Of a stretch of 64,000 nt of DNA, positions 39,516 through 52,547 are shown one piece after another. The stretch is from Octopus vulgaris (taxonomy: Eukaryota), in NCBI GenBank assembly GCA_951406725.2, contig OX597830.1, positions 50,220,001-50,284,000 of the forward strand, written 5' to 3'. Each line of letters opens with the position of its first letter. Positions within the stretch are counted from its first letter, which is position 1. The translations under genes and the position numbers were made by a program. Below the pieces are notes generated by a model. It was given only the letters and a program-made list of their open reading frames with translations, did no database searches and had not been told where the DNA came from.

Positions 39516-41800
39516 GCACCATCCATACGTGGCCGATGCCAGCACCACCTTGAGTGGCTTTCGTGCCGGTGGTACGTAAAAAGCACCAACTGATCATGGC
39601 TGTTGCCAGCCTACCCTGGCACATAAAAAGCACCCACTACACTCATGGAGTGGTTGGTGTTAGGAAGGGCATCCAGCTGTAGAAACACTGCCAGATCAGA
39701 CAGGAACCTGGTGCAGCCTTCTGGCATATACATATATATATATATATGCATATATATATACTTATATATATGTATGCATAAATATATAAGTATACATATA
39801 TATATATATAAGTATACACTCACATACATATACATATATAAAATAAAATACAAAGGGACAACAAAACATTGGATGTTTTGTTGTCGCTTTTTGTATCACC
39901 TAGTTGTCCAGATGTTTTGCGTTCTTGTCCCATTTTGTATTTTATTATATATATATATATACAGCGGTGTATACATACACTTTGTTCTCTCTCTATATAT
40001 ATATAAGGATACATATATAATCATACATGAAACCTCTCAGTACTGCTTTCATTCATTATATTTCTGTTATTTTGTCATGTCACCTCTCTAATTACTCTTC
40101 TTTATTGCCAGTCTTTAGATGTTACTCTTCCCATTTCTTACTTACAATACTGCTTTCTCTTTCACTCTTTTCTCTCTCTCACCACTGTATTTTACTGTCT
40201 GGTAGTCTGATTATTGGGTGACTGCTGCCTATTTTATTTTCTCACCTCTTCTGTCTTTCATTCCCACTCTGTCAGACTCTTCCTATCCATCTAATCATTC
40301 TTTTTTTTTTTTTTACTTCTCTCAACACAGTCCCTTCTTTCTCCTTATCAAGGGAGAAACTAACAAAAACGAAAACAGAGATATGTCGTAGCAGTTCATA
40401 TGAAAAGTTATTTAAATGTTCGACAAGTATAATACACAAAACTTGACAGCCCTGAACAATTTCAGAATTGTTTTCTTGGCTTCAAAAGTGTGTGTGTGTA
40501 TATATATATATGTATGTATATATGTATGTATATATATATGTATGTATGTATGTATGTGTATATATATATGTATGTATATATGTATGTATATATGTATGGC
40601 TATAAAATCTTCACAAACATACAAATATTTTCCCATATCAGTTTATACCCAGACACACAAAATACATGCAGACACAATTCATTTTATTAACATCTCATTG
40701 TCCTGTAAGTATATCTGTACACACAGGCATACACATATATATATACAGATATAGAAATATACATATACACATATATACAAATATTTATGAGTATGTGAAA
40801 TATTTTGCTTTATTTTTTTATTTTTAATTCATCTTTTATTTCTTATTTCTTTTATTTCTTATTTCTTATTCTTTTCTTTATCAGAACAGCAAAAACTTAG
40901 CCAGAATGTAATATAAGCACATTTATACTAAAAGTAGATGTTTCAAAAATAGTCTGAGACATAGCTAAAACGATGTCTCCAAACTTTGAAAACTAGGCCC
41001 CAGGAGGAGTGGAAAAACTAGTAATAATCAATAGTATTTATGGAAAAAAAAAAGGAATAACGATAATGAATTAAACAAACATATAATAAATAAATAATAA
41101 AATACGAACAGCAAGTAAAAACAAAGAATTGAATATGAAGTGACAAAAATCCAAGTTTGGAGAAGCTGAAGCTTCAACAATATATGGACCCACAGGGATG
41201 AAGCTAAATACAAGGAAAGAACCGAGGAAATAACCAGCGCCAGCCTGCCAATGGTTTATAAAAACTTATCAGTAACTGACTTTCAACATATTCAGTAGAA
41301 TTGTTGTCACTGACCAGGTTACAGAAATGAGACAATTTTTTGACATCTTAGAATAATTGCATGTAAGAAATATAATAGATTTTGTTTTTAAATGGTTACA
41401 AGAACTCTTCCATATAAGGACATTGTTTATCATCCTCATCATCATTTTACATTGGCTTTCCATGCTGGCATGGGTTAGATGCGTCAGAGGATCACATCAT
41501 GGGCATTTCATTTCTGACTTGTTTCTAAGGCTTCCACCAATAACTTTACAGAGCTTACTCGATTCCTGTCCTGCAGCACCTGTTCTAAAGTGGTGACATG
41601 TCCTCAACAAGACAAAAGGGTTGTCACAATCTTATACTTTATACAGTGTACTGGGCATGTGTTTTAGTGGCTGTCATCACTGCCCAATAGGTAGCCATAG
41701 CTTGACATAACTAAAGGAACCTCACAGCAATGCATACCTCAGCTTATTTGCCAACCTCTTTCAGTGGGAGAGATAGAAGTGATAAAAACATGAATGTTAG

Positions 41801-42147
41801 GTGTAGGCTTGGCTGGGGGATAAGAAGTTTGCTTCCCAACCACATAGTTCAGGGTTCAGTCTCACTGCGTGGCACCTTGAGCAAGTGTATTTGGCAGACA
41901 GAAACTGGAAAAAGCCTGTCACATTCATGTATATGTATATCTGTGTGTGTGTCTTTGTGTTTGTGTTTGTCCCCCAGCCACCGTTTGACAACTGGTGTTC
42001 ATATGTTTACATCTCTGTAACTTAGCAGTTCAGCAAGAGAGATTGATAGAATAAGTCCCAGGCTTTAAAAAACAAAGAAATGGGGTTGATTTGTTTAACT
42101 AAAGATCCTTCAAGACTTTGCCCCAGGATGGCTACAGTCGAATGACT
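41801..42147 (+). mobile_element. SINE family A, diverged and internally deleted
   Basis: Head and tail motifs are colinear with 22847. Confidence 0.8.
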
Positions 42148-43435
42148 TCATTATATATTTTAGCATGGTTTCTACGACTGGATGTCCTTCTTAACGTTAA
42201 CCACTTAAGAGAGTTCCCTGGGTACTTTTTATGTGGCCCTTTCGTTTTGGGATCTCAATTCTGTTGTGGTGTGTAGGTCTTCTCAAAGTAAAAGATAAAA
42301 GACAGAGGCATGAATGATAGTGATAACAGGGAATTGCCATATAAGGGTAAGAGACAGAGGAATTCAATATTCCAAGTAAGGTATTAAAGGCAACAAGACC
42401 AAAATAATAGGGTGATAACAATAGTACAATGTGATCCTTGGGGTAGCAGCAAAAGAAACCCAGGACTTGTGGGTCTCTTCCCTAAGGATCTGAATTAATT
42501 TTGAGAAATTAATTTGTAATATCTTGAAATTCTCTCATTATTCACTACCAATTAGCATTAGGTTTTTGATTTCTTTCTCTAACTAAGAGGCAAATTTCAA
42601 TTCAGTAGCAATGTCTTGCACACAGCATTCATTACATTAACATTTAATTAGATTTGAGTTAAATGCTTGTTTTCTTGCAACATTACTTTTGTGTACCCAC
42701 TTCAATATTTTAGTTTAGCAGGGGCTGGCATTACATATGATCAGCTCATGTTTTGATGCTGCTTTGCTATAAGGAAACAAACGTTTCCAAGTTCTCAGAG
42801 TTGTCTCCCTTGCAGTAAATCGTATTGATAACAGGCAAAAGGTTAGAAATGCAGCAGTCACCACTTTCACAAAACAATGCCTTGAAATGACCGTTGGTGC
42901 TTTTCAACACCTTGTACATAAAGCAAGAACGGTTTTCCGTGGCAAATTAGCAGTGAAAACACCCTTTATACAGATCAAATATAGACCAAACATTTGAATC
43001 AATCTGTATGTTTGTATTTGCAACACTACTATTGCATGCCCACTACAACGTTTAACTTAATTACCCAAAATTTATGACATTGGCCCAATTTGATTAGCTC
43101 CCTTAGTTCTTGATATTTTAAACTTCGTACAAGTGGTTAATTTGTTTTCATTCATCTTAATTCTGTTGTATTTATTGGATTGTGTAACATTTGTGTAACA
43201 TTCACCTTTGGCCTGCTCAATTATTTGTATATCAATAACTATTATTGATTCGTGTTTGTTTTAGTTTTATCAATTTATTGTTGCAGTGATTCTTAGTGGA
43301 GCAGAAAACGGTCTGGTTAGGAAAATAAGAAGAATTCTTAATAAAAGAAAAGTTAAAACTGCAGCAGAGTTGTTTGTCGATAACTGATGATTTAAAAAAA
43401 ACAAAAACAAAAGCCTTCCATCTTCACATGAGTGG

Positions 43436-43485
<50 letters not shown>

Positions 43486-43774
43486 GTGCATGTGTGTGTG
43501 ATGAGTATGTGTGTACACACACAAACACACGTGTTATGTGTATGTATGTACCCTTGTCTAGACATCATGTGATGGTTGCAAATGTACATCACAATAAAAG
43601 CGAGGTTGTTAATTTCTGTGAAAAATAGGGGGAAAATATTACCTTGCTTGGAAACAGGTATGGGTTAGTGGCAGGAAATGCATCCAGCCATAGAAAAAAA
43701 TATACCTCACTAAATCTTCATCTGGCTCATACAAGTTTTGAAAAGTAAACATTAAAAGATGGTGGCAATATCAG

Positions 43775-44125
43775 CATCATCATCATGTCCTCCATTCTCA
43801 CATGGGTTAGATGGCTTGACAGAAACTGACAAGGCCAGGTGCTGCACCAGGCTCCATTATATATTTTAGCATGGCTTGTACGAATGGATGTCCTTCTTAA
43901 TGGTAGCCACTTAACAGAGTTCCCTGGGTACTTTTTATGTGGCCCTTTCGTTTTGGGATCTCAATTTTGTTGTGGTGTGTAGGTCTTCTCAAGTACAGCA
44001 ATGTGCCTCATATCACAGTCCTCTGTTATCTGCTTTGTAAAATTCAGTATTTTAAGATCAGCCTTCAATGCCTTGTTCCATCCCAGGAATGCAGAGTATG
44101 GGCACAAAAAACATGTGATCTGTAG
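43775..44125 (-). mobile_element. Diverged RTE 3' end (family C plus ORF terminus)
   Basis: CATGGGTTAGATGG, GGATGTCCTTCTTAA and AGGTCTTCTCAAGTACAGCA match the reverse complement of the 37170-37690 type. Confidence 0.65.
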
Positions 44126-44175
44126 CAGTACATTAAAATAGTTATAAATTCCATCCAAGGATTTCTATTATTTTT

Positions 44176-44256
<81 letters not shown>

Positions 44257-44259
44257 GTA

Positions 44260-44555
44260 TATATGCCACATGCTAGGCAGGGACTCTTAAAGTCAGCATT
44301 ACCTATACATAAATGCCACATGCTAGGAGGGACTCTTAAAGTCAAAACTACCAAAATAAATAAATGTTTATTTATTTTGATAGTTTTGACTTTAAGAGTC
44401 CCTCTTACTGTGTGGCATTTATGTATAGTAATGCCCTCTATATAATATAGATAAATATATTTAAGAGAAAAATTGGCAAATTTTTCTCTTATGAGGTTTT
44501 TCATGCTAAGTACTTGATAAATTCTTATAAAGATTTTATCCTATCTCTAAATCAT
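44260..44555. mobile_element. (TA)n-embedded fold-back element, same family as 39176-39515
   Basis: Near-palindrome 44296-44364 / 44367-44434. The right arm continues as the reverse complement of 39176-39277. Confidence 0.65.
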
Positions 44556-44899
44556 ATATATATATATATATATATATAATCATCATTCAACGTCCACTTT
44601 TACATGCTTGCATGGGTCAGATGGAATTTGTTGAGGTAAATTTTTTACAGTTGGATGCTCTTTCTGTTGCCAACTTTAAAGTGTTTCCAAGCTAGGTAAT
44701 AATATTTCCCCAAAGCCAGTTATGCTTTACACAGAGGAATGGAAATGAAACGACACTGATTATATGACAGTGGTACCCGTTTATAATTATATATAATATT
44801 TATCCCAATTAATTATTTTTTAAATATAAATACCTCTCAGTATTGACACTGCCCCTGTTTCTAATAAATATCATTTATAACTATCTCATGATATCAAGA

Positions 44900-45088
44900 T
44901 AAGGGGACACAGGTACAGATATACATATACAAGGGGTTTCTTTTAGTTTCCACCAACCGAATCCACTCAAAAGGCTTTGAGCAGATTGAGGCTGCTGTAG
45001 AAGACACTTGCCCAAGGCACCAAATAAGACTGAACCCGAAACAACATGGTTGAGAAGAAAGCTTCTTAACCACACAGCAATGCTTGCA
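44900..45088 (-). mobile_element. SINE family A, 5' half
   Basis: AATCCACTCAAAAGGCTTT…GAAGACACTTGCCCAAGG…AACCACACAGC. Confidence 0.8.
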
Positions 45089-45459
45089 TCACACTCACTG
45101 ATTTAGCATGACTTTCAGAATCTCAGAGGAAGTTCCTACCTGTGTTAGACACTTTAAATTCTGCTCATGACCTCTGACCTCAGATCTAGTCTATCTTAAA
45201 TTTATTTTTGCTCATCGTTTCTTTTATTCTTGCCACATCAGCTCTAAGATGACAATCACTCAGAAGAGTTGATGAATTTAACATCTCTACAAGTGCTAAG
45301 TTGTCCGTTTTGCTGAGCACTTCAGGCAATTTCAGTAACTGAAGTAACTTCTATATCACAGTAGCTACTAAGATACCAGTAACAGGTACTTAACTAATTA
45401 CAAGAGTCTCTGAAGCTAATGAACTTTTAGTTATATAATCCAATGTTCGATGGCCAATC

Positions 45460-46330
45460 TATCAGCAGAATCATTGGCACAATAGGCAAAATGCTAAGCA
45501 GTATTTTCAGTTTTGATGTTCTGAGTTCAAATTCTGCCAAGGTTGACTTTGCTTTTCATCCTTTTGGAGTTGATAAAACAAGTAACAGTCGATATAACCG
45601 ACTTACCCCGTCTCCCAAACCCGCTGAACTTGTACCAAAATTTGAAATACTTATTTTCAACAGATAAGGCAGCGAGGTGGCTCAGTTGTTATCACACTGG
45701 ATAAGATACTTAACAGCATTTCTTCCTACTTTAAATATGTATATATATGTATGTATATATTCATATATATATGTAGGCGGCGAGATGGCAGAAAGGTTAG
45801 CACGCTGGGTGAATTGCTTAGCGGTATTTCGTCTGCCATTACGTTCTAAGTTCAAATTCCACCGAGGTCAACTTTGCCTTTCATCCTTTCCAAGTCGATT
45901 AAATAAGTACCAGTTACACACTGGGGTCGATATAATTGACTTAATCCGTTTGTCTGTCCTTGTTCATCCCCTCTGTGTTTAGCCCCTTGAGGGTAGTAAA
46001 GAAATAGGTATTTCGTCTGCCATTACGTTCTGAGTTCAAATTCCACCGAGGTCGACTTTGCCTTTCATCCTTTCGGAGTCGATAAATTAAGTATCAGTTA
46101 TGCACAGGGTCGATGTAATCGACTAAATCCCTTTGTCTGTCCTTGTTTGTCCCCTCTGTGTTTAGCCCCTCGTGGGCAGTAAAGAAATAAGATTCCAATT
46201 CAAATTCTTCTGAGGTTGGCTTTGCTTTTCATCCTTTTAGAAGTCAATAAAACAAGCACAAGCTGAGTACTGGTGGGGGTGGGGGGATTCAATGTAACCA
46301 ATTAGCTTCTTCCTTCAAGATATCAGATCT
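45460..46330 (+). mobile_element. Cluster of family B copies, including a tandem at 45776-46190
   Basis: Repeated GTTCAAATTCCACCGAGGTC bodies; tail-to-internal junctions at ~46007 and ~46190. Confidence 0.85.
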
Positions 46331-46349
46331 CATGTTTATAGAAGAAAGG

Positions 46350-46850
46350 ATTATTTCCAACAAATGTGATAAAACCATTCTATGCAGATCCATCTTCCAA
46401 ACTGGCGTAAGTAGCATCAAAATTGCTGATTATGTTTAGATCTGAAAGTTTTTCTCAAGGCTAGAAATGATATGGAACATTTTCTGGATTCCAATCTTGA
46501 TAATGCTTAATTAGCTTCAGACGGGATTTTCATTTTATAACATTTGCCAAAATCGCTCATTCTACAAGCATTAGATGATAGGATTGGATGAATCTGAGGC
46601 GTTAGGTGGAGGTCATATGTTGTGACTAGCTCATCGTTTTTCCGCAGTGACTTTATTTCTGCTGCAGATATGAAACAGTAGAAATCTTGATCTATAAGCA
46701 ATGCCACTTGTTGATTGATTACCATTCCATCCTAAAGACTAGAATGTTCCACTCGCATGAGTTCCTACTTTAAATTTCTTTTCCAATATTTCCCTCACAT
46801 CCTCTGCAAACAAATCATTTTCACAGAATACAAAATCATCCACATACATC
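46350..46850 (-). mobile_element. Degraded Ty1/Copia (GalEa-like) pol fragment, RT catalytic region to RNase H start
   Basis: MYVDDFVFCENDLFAEDVREILEKKFKVGTHASGTF*SLG (46849 downward) and DATYASLEDGSA*NGFITF (~46418-46362) occur in Copia order. Stops and frameshifts present. Confidence 0.75.
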
Positions 46851-47039
46851 TACAGAAGACAGTCAAGTTCGTATCTTCCTCATCACCATCATCATCCTTA
46901 TCATCATCATCATGGTCATCAGTATTATCAACATAATTATCATAATCAACATCATTAGCATCATCACTGTCATTTTTTATGTCTACTTTCCAAACTGGCT
47001 TACATCCTGGTGCCTATAATAGAAAGTATCATTATTATT

Positions 47040-47604
47040 ATTATTGAGTGAGAGAGCAGTGCAAGCCATCAAAGTCACACTGGGGTAAAATATACGAAGC
47101 CCAGTATACTCATTATGACTATCCGGCTGATAAGGGTACCCCAGGCACATGCATCACAACCATATGTGCGCGACATGGTGATCTCATATTAAGCTAAACA
47201 GTGCATGACCTTGTAGGTGGGGGCCCACTTAGAATTTTCTTCTGGTCGAGTAACCCATCCTGCTCAAAAGGTCCCTGAATAAGGGTTGTCTAAGGATGTT
47301 GAATGAAACATTCGTGTTTCCAGAGGTGAATTATTCAAACCTCCAAGAATTCCTTTCAACATATGGCTATGATGCTCCCCCACTACTTCTGGTCGAGATC
47401 AGAGATGCACATATTATCAGCCACTAAGGGACATGCTCAAATGATTAAGGTCAAACAACTGACAAGCAAATCTGTGGTATTGAGCAGAATATTTGCTGTA
47501 GCCCATCTTTTATACCAAAACAAAACAATGTACATGATAACACTTCCAATCAGTTAAGATCAGAAGCCATGAGAGGCACTGTTTGATACTGCATCAGGGC
47601 ATTG

Positions 47605-47605
<1 letters not shown>
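47040..47605 (-). mobile_element. Family F repeat embedded in (TTA)n; second copy at 60835-61148 (+)
   Basis: 47045-47340 is the reverse complement of 60840-61135. Both abut (TAA)n. Confidence 0.8.
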
Positions 47606-47649
<44 letters not shown>

Positions 47650-47652
<3 letters not shown>

Positions 47653-47892
47653 TGGTAGTCTTATTTTTATCATGTGCTTTCACTGCACTACTGAGCATAG
47701 TTGTGTGTTCCTTAGGTTTGTTGTGATGCTCTTCACAGTATATTGAAAGATGTACATGGTACCTAGTGGTGCCTTTTTTCTGTATGTTATATACACTTGT
47801 ATGGTGTTTTGGTTATGTATTTGTCTGAATGGTTTTAATCATAACTAATGTACCTATTATTATAGGGATTGTTTCTGTTTTTAGGCTCAAGA
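47650..47892 (-). mobile_element. R4/Dong-like non-LTR retrotransposon 3' end, between (TAA)n tracts
   Basis: LKTETIPIIIGTLVMIK…YNIQK matches the REL-endonuclease C-terminus (W.LKT..IPI.IGALG…IQK). Confidence 0.65.
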
Positions 47893-48359
47893 TTAGAGTT
47901 ATTATTATTATCATTATTATTATTATTACAATTATTATCATCTGCCAGATCAAACTGGTGCAGCCTTCTGGCTTCCCAGACCCCAGTTGAACTGTCCAAC
48001 CCATGCTAGCATGGAAAGCGGACGTTAAACGATGATGATGATGATCATCATCATCATCATTATTATTTCTATTATTATTATTATTATCACTATCATTATT
48101 ATTATTATCATCATCGTCATCATTATTATTATCATCATTGTCATCATTATTATTATAATTATTAAAGCAGAAAACTAAACAGAAAATTGACAGCACAGTT
48201 CTCCCAAAACACATTTCAAGTTACATCATTTAAAACACCATCCAAACACACACACACACGCACAAATAAACACACAAAAAAACATATGCAATCTACTTAA
48301 ATACAAAGTACTTTTTCTATTAATAAATTCAAATACAATTCTACTTGTGTGAATGTGTG

Positions 48360-48417
<58 letters not shown>

Positions 48418-49115
48418 CACATACATATCTATGCAAATACAAATACACACACATGCATATAACCCTTGTGTATTATCACTGCAATATTTTTGAAACCAAT
48501 TATTCAGTTAATACATACACACATACAGACGTATAGACAACACAAAGACATTCACACATGCACACGCATACATGTGCATACGCGCGCACACACACACACA
48601 CACACAGAGTAAGACATTCTCAAACAATTCTTGATTTTGGTAACTTGAAGCATCATTTTAAAATTCCGGCACCGTTCTTGGGACATTTGCAGAGAAAAAG
48701 ACAAAAAAACTCTGTATTACAAGATTTCAAGGAAATTAAGTTAGGTATTGTCAGAATTGGATTGTAGTGAGTTGGAGGGTGTACTTAGGATTCGGGTGGA
48801 GAATATTAAATAGGAGTAAATCTCGCTGGCAATGGATATTATCTATAATGAAAATGATGGTGATGATTTCTTTTAGAAGCCTCAGGGGCTTTAAATGCAT
48901 AAAACTGAAGTGAGATGCAAGGCAAGCAAAGTTTTAGATATCAAAGATCCATGCAAACGTTCAAATTCTTATTAAGTTTGTCTAAGGCTGGTCTTGTGAA
49001 CCGCTCAAAGAAATCTGAACCAAAATCTGAACCAATAAATTTTTAGTGCCTGAAAAAAAACATATCTCTGCCTATCACAAGGGCAGTCAACAGGTTGTGT
49101 AGGCTTCTGCATTAA

Positions 49116-49336
49116 CCCTTTAGTATTCAGATTATTTTGTCAAGTGTAATGCTTATTTATTTATGTTGATTTAAATATCTCATGCATTATCTTGTAGCTT
49201 TGAGATTTTGATGATGTTATTGTTTATTTTTAGCATGGCATTGTAGGATTAATGTAAGAGGCTGGATCCAGTCAGTTTGAACGTAAAAGAGGTAGAATAT
49301 TTGGGGCCGGATATGGCCGGTTTAAATGCCAAAGTG
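49116..49336. mobile_element. piggyBac-like MITE with TTAA TSD
   Basis: TTAA|CCCTTTAGTATTCAG … TTTAAATGCCAAAGTG|TTAA. Partial homologs at ~34019, 50366, 51983 and 58805. Confidence 0.7.
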
Positions 49337-49390
49337 TTAAAGATGAAGAGAAAGAAATGGGAAAGGCAGTGAAATGTGATAAAAGTGTTC

Positions 49391-49739
49391 ATAGGAGTGG
49401 CTGTGTGGTAAGTAGCTTGCTTACCCAAACCACATGATTCCGGGTTCAGTCCCACTGTGTGGCACCTTGGGCAAGTGTCTTCTACTCTAGCCTTGGGCTG
49501 ACCAAAGCCTTGTGAGTGGGTTTGGTAGATGAAAACTGAAAGAAACCCATCGTATATCATCATCATCATCATCATCATCATCGTTTAACGTCCGTTCTCC
49601 ATGCTAGCATGGGTTGGATGGTTCAACTGGGGTCTGGGAAGCCAGAAGGCTGCGTCAAGCCCAGTCTGATCTGGCAGTGTTTCTACAGCTGGATGCCCTT
49701 CCTAACGCCAACCACTCCGAGAGTGTAGTGGGTGCTTTT

Positions 49740-49783
<44 letters not shown>

Positions 49784-50000
49784 AGTGTGTGTATATGTTT
49801 GTGTGTCTGTGTTTGTCCCTCCAACATCGCTTGACAACCGATGCTGGTGTGTTTACGTCCACGTAACTTAGCGGTTCAGCAAAAGAAACTGATAGAATAA
49901 GTACTAGGCTTACAAAGAATAAGTCCTGGGGTTGATCTGCTCAACTGAAGGCGGTGCTCCAGCAAGGCCAAAGTCGAATGACTGAAAAGAGTAAAAGAGT
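49391..50000 (+). mobile_element. SINE family A, interrupted at its internal microsatellite by a minus-strand family C fragment (49556-49740)
   Basis: Head at 49391-49555, tail at ~49790-50000; the insert carries an (ATC)n tail. Confidence 0.9.
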
Positions 50001-51519
50001 ATACAAAGTATGTGGCAGCATGGATGATGCAGTCCCCCTAATACAGGGGAAACTGCAACTAGGGCCAATCAAGGAACCTTAGAGATCCAGGATTACTCTG
50101 ATCACCAAAAGCACATAAGCGTGCTCCCAACTGTGGTTCTCCAAATGCATTCTTAGAGTACGGCCATACACCTAAACCATTTTTACCACAATAAAACACA
50201 CACACACACAAACACACACACATACAGTCTTTTACGCATTTCAGTCATTTGATTGCAGCCATGCTGGAGCACCACCTTGAAGGGGTTTTAGTTGAAGAAA
50301 TCGACCCTAAGATTTATTCTTTGTATTTATTCTATCTATCCCTTTTGCTGAACTGTTAAGTCACAGGCCAGTTTAAATGCTAATGGGTTAAAGTGTGAGC
50401 TTTAAGGAGTCACGGAATCTATTTACAACTCAGTGGACTGAGCTGGAGAGACTAAAATACTTCAATGAATAGCATAGCAGAAACCGTTAAAAAGCAGTCA
50501 CCCCGAAACAGAAATATGAGTATTCCAAAGAATTTAGTCAAGTGCAAAAAACACATCGAAGAAGAAGACAAAATGAAGTTGAAATCTGAAAGTTTGGAAA
50601 GCAAGTACTGTGGATAAAGTGTGCAAAGATTTTCTATGAAGTTTGCAGAATAAATGAAAGTCGACAGTTTTATGACACCTGTCAATGACAGATTTTCTTA
50701 GTTTTACTAAATTCAATAATTGAAGTTTGGAGTTGACAGTACCTCATTGGAAACTGGACAGCACGGACAAAATGTGCCAACACTCGATTTGTTGAATAAT
50801 CATGGAATTTATAGAATTCACACTGAATTGTTTTATTAATGGTGAAGTTTACTGTTGTCCAATTTAGTGATGGAGCTTAGAGTTTATAATGGAGTGAAGT
50901 GTGAGAGACACGGATTTCTAGAAAGAGAGGGAAGAAAGAGAGAAGGAGAAAGTGAGAGAGAGGGAGAAAGAGAGAGAGGGAGAAAGAGAGAGAGTATGTA
51001 GAAATAGAAGTTTTAAAATTCCTTCCATCTCTTCTTTAGAATATAAACATAGAAATTTTGTTGGTTAAAAAGAGTTGACATTTTTCACTTGCAATGTTTT
51101 TCAGTTCTGAAAATTAAAAGTAAAGGTGAAAGTATTCCTATGAACGTATTCTTCAGGAGACACAAACATGGGAAACTGGTGGGAAGTGAATCAGGAAGAA
51201 CACTCATTCAGGCCTATAAAATAAGAGATTTTGAGGGTAACTACAAAGTGGCACTGTTAATTTCAGGATGTATAATGTCCCATGACAGGTGGACAATTTG
51301 GACAAATTTGGAATGCTGCTGTCAAGCATTCTTGTTCCTAATCAATCCCCTGACCAAGTGTTGCACCCACCACACCATATATTCTTGCCTTCAAACAAAT
51401 TTAATATTCCTTCCCACCCTGTCCTCCTTTCTCCTATTCTCCTTCAATCCAAACCCCACTCTCTCCCAAATCATCTTCCTTGCTGACCGCTTTCCCCATA
51501 CATACAATGTTACTAGTTT

Positions 51520-51866
51520 CAGTTGCATGGCTCAGTAGCTAAAGCGTCAGGCTCCCAATCGTGAGGTAGTGAGTTCGATTCCTGGACCAGGCTGTGTGTT
51601 TTGTTCTTGAGCAAGACACTTTATTTCACATTGTTCCAGTTCACTCAGCTGTAGGAATGAGTTGCAACATCAGCACTACCAAGCTGAACTAGCCTTTGCT
51701 TTTCCCTTGGATAGTATCGGAGTCATGGAGAGAGAGAGAGAGAGAGAGAGAAGGCTGGTATGCATGAGAGACTGTTGGTCTTTCATAAACAACCTTACCT
51801 GGACTTGTGACTCGGAGGGGAATTTTCTAGGTGCACTCCCATGGTCATTAATGACTGAAAGAGGTC
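51520..51866 (+). mobile_element. tRNA-derived SINE (E-related)
   Basis: TGGCTCAGTAG…GAGTTCGATTCCTGGACC…TTCTTGAGCAAGACACTTTATTTCAC. Confidence 0.75.
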
Positions 51867-52092
51867 TAATGTCCCATGACAGGTGGACAAGTTGGGTACC
51901 AACATTTGAAATGCTATCGATAAGCTTTTGCTCCCGAAGCAATTACACTCACCACACTAAATATTCTTGCCTTTAAACAAACATTTAAACCAGCCATATC
52001 CAGCTCAAATATTCTACCAGAGTTATGTTCAAGCCAGCCTGATCAGACTCCTCACACCTATCACACAATGTTACTGCAAAAATAAAAATAAG

Positions 52093-52257
52093 AGGTGCAG
52101 TGTGGCTGTGTAGTAAGAAGCTTGCTTCCCAACCACATGATTCTGGGTTCAGTCTCACTGTATGGCACCTTGGGTGAGTGTCTTCTGCTATAGCCTCAGG
52201 TCGACCAAAGCCTTGTGAGTGGATTTGGTAGATGGAAATTGAAGGAGGCCCATCGTA

Positions 52258-52314
<57 letters not shown>

Positions 52315-52547
52315 GTGTCTGTGTCTATGTTTGTGTGTCTATGTTTGTCCCCCAACATCGTTTGACAACCGATGGTGGTGTATTTATGTCCATGTAACTT
52401 AGCAGTTCAGCTAAATAGACCGATAAAATAAGTACTAGGCTTACAAAGAATAAGTCCTGGGGTCGATTTACTCGACTGAAGGTGGTGCTCCAGCATGGCC
52501 ACAGTCAAATGACTGAAACAAGTAAAAGAATAAAAGAATAAAAGAAA
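52093..52547 (+). mobile_element. SINE family A, full length
   Basis: Colinear with 22847-23255; AAAAGAAT tail repeats. Confidence 0.9.
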
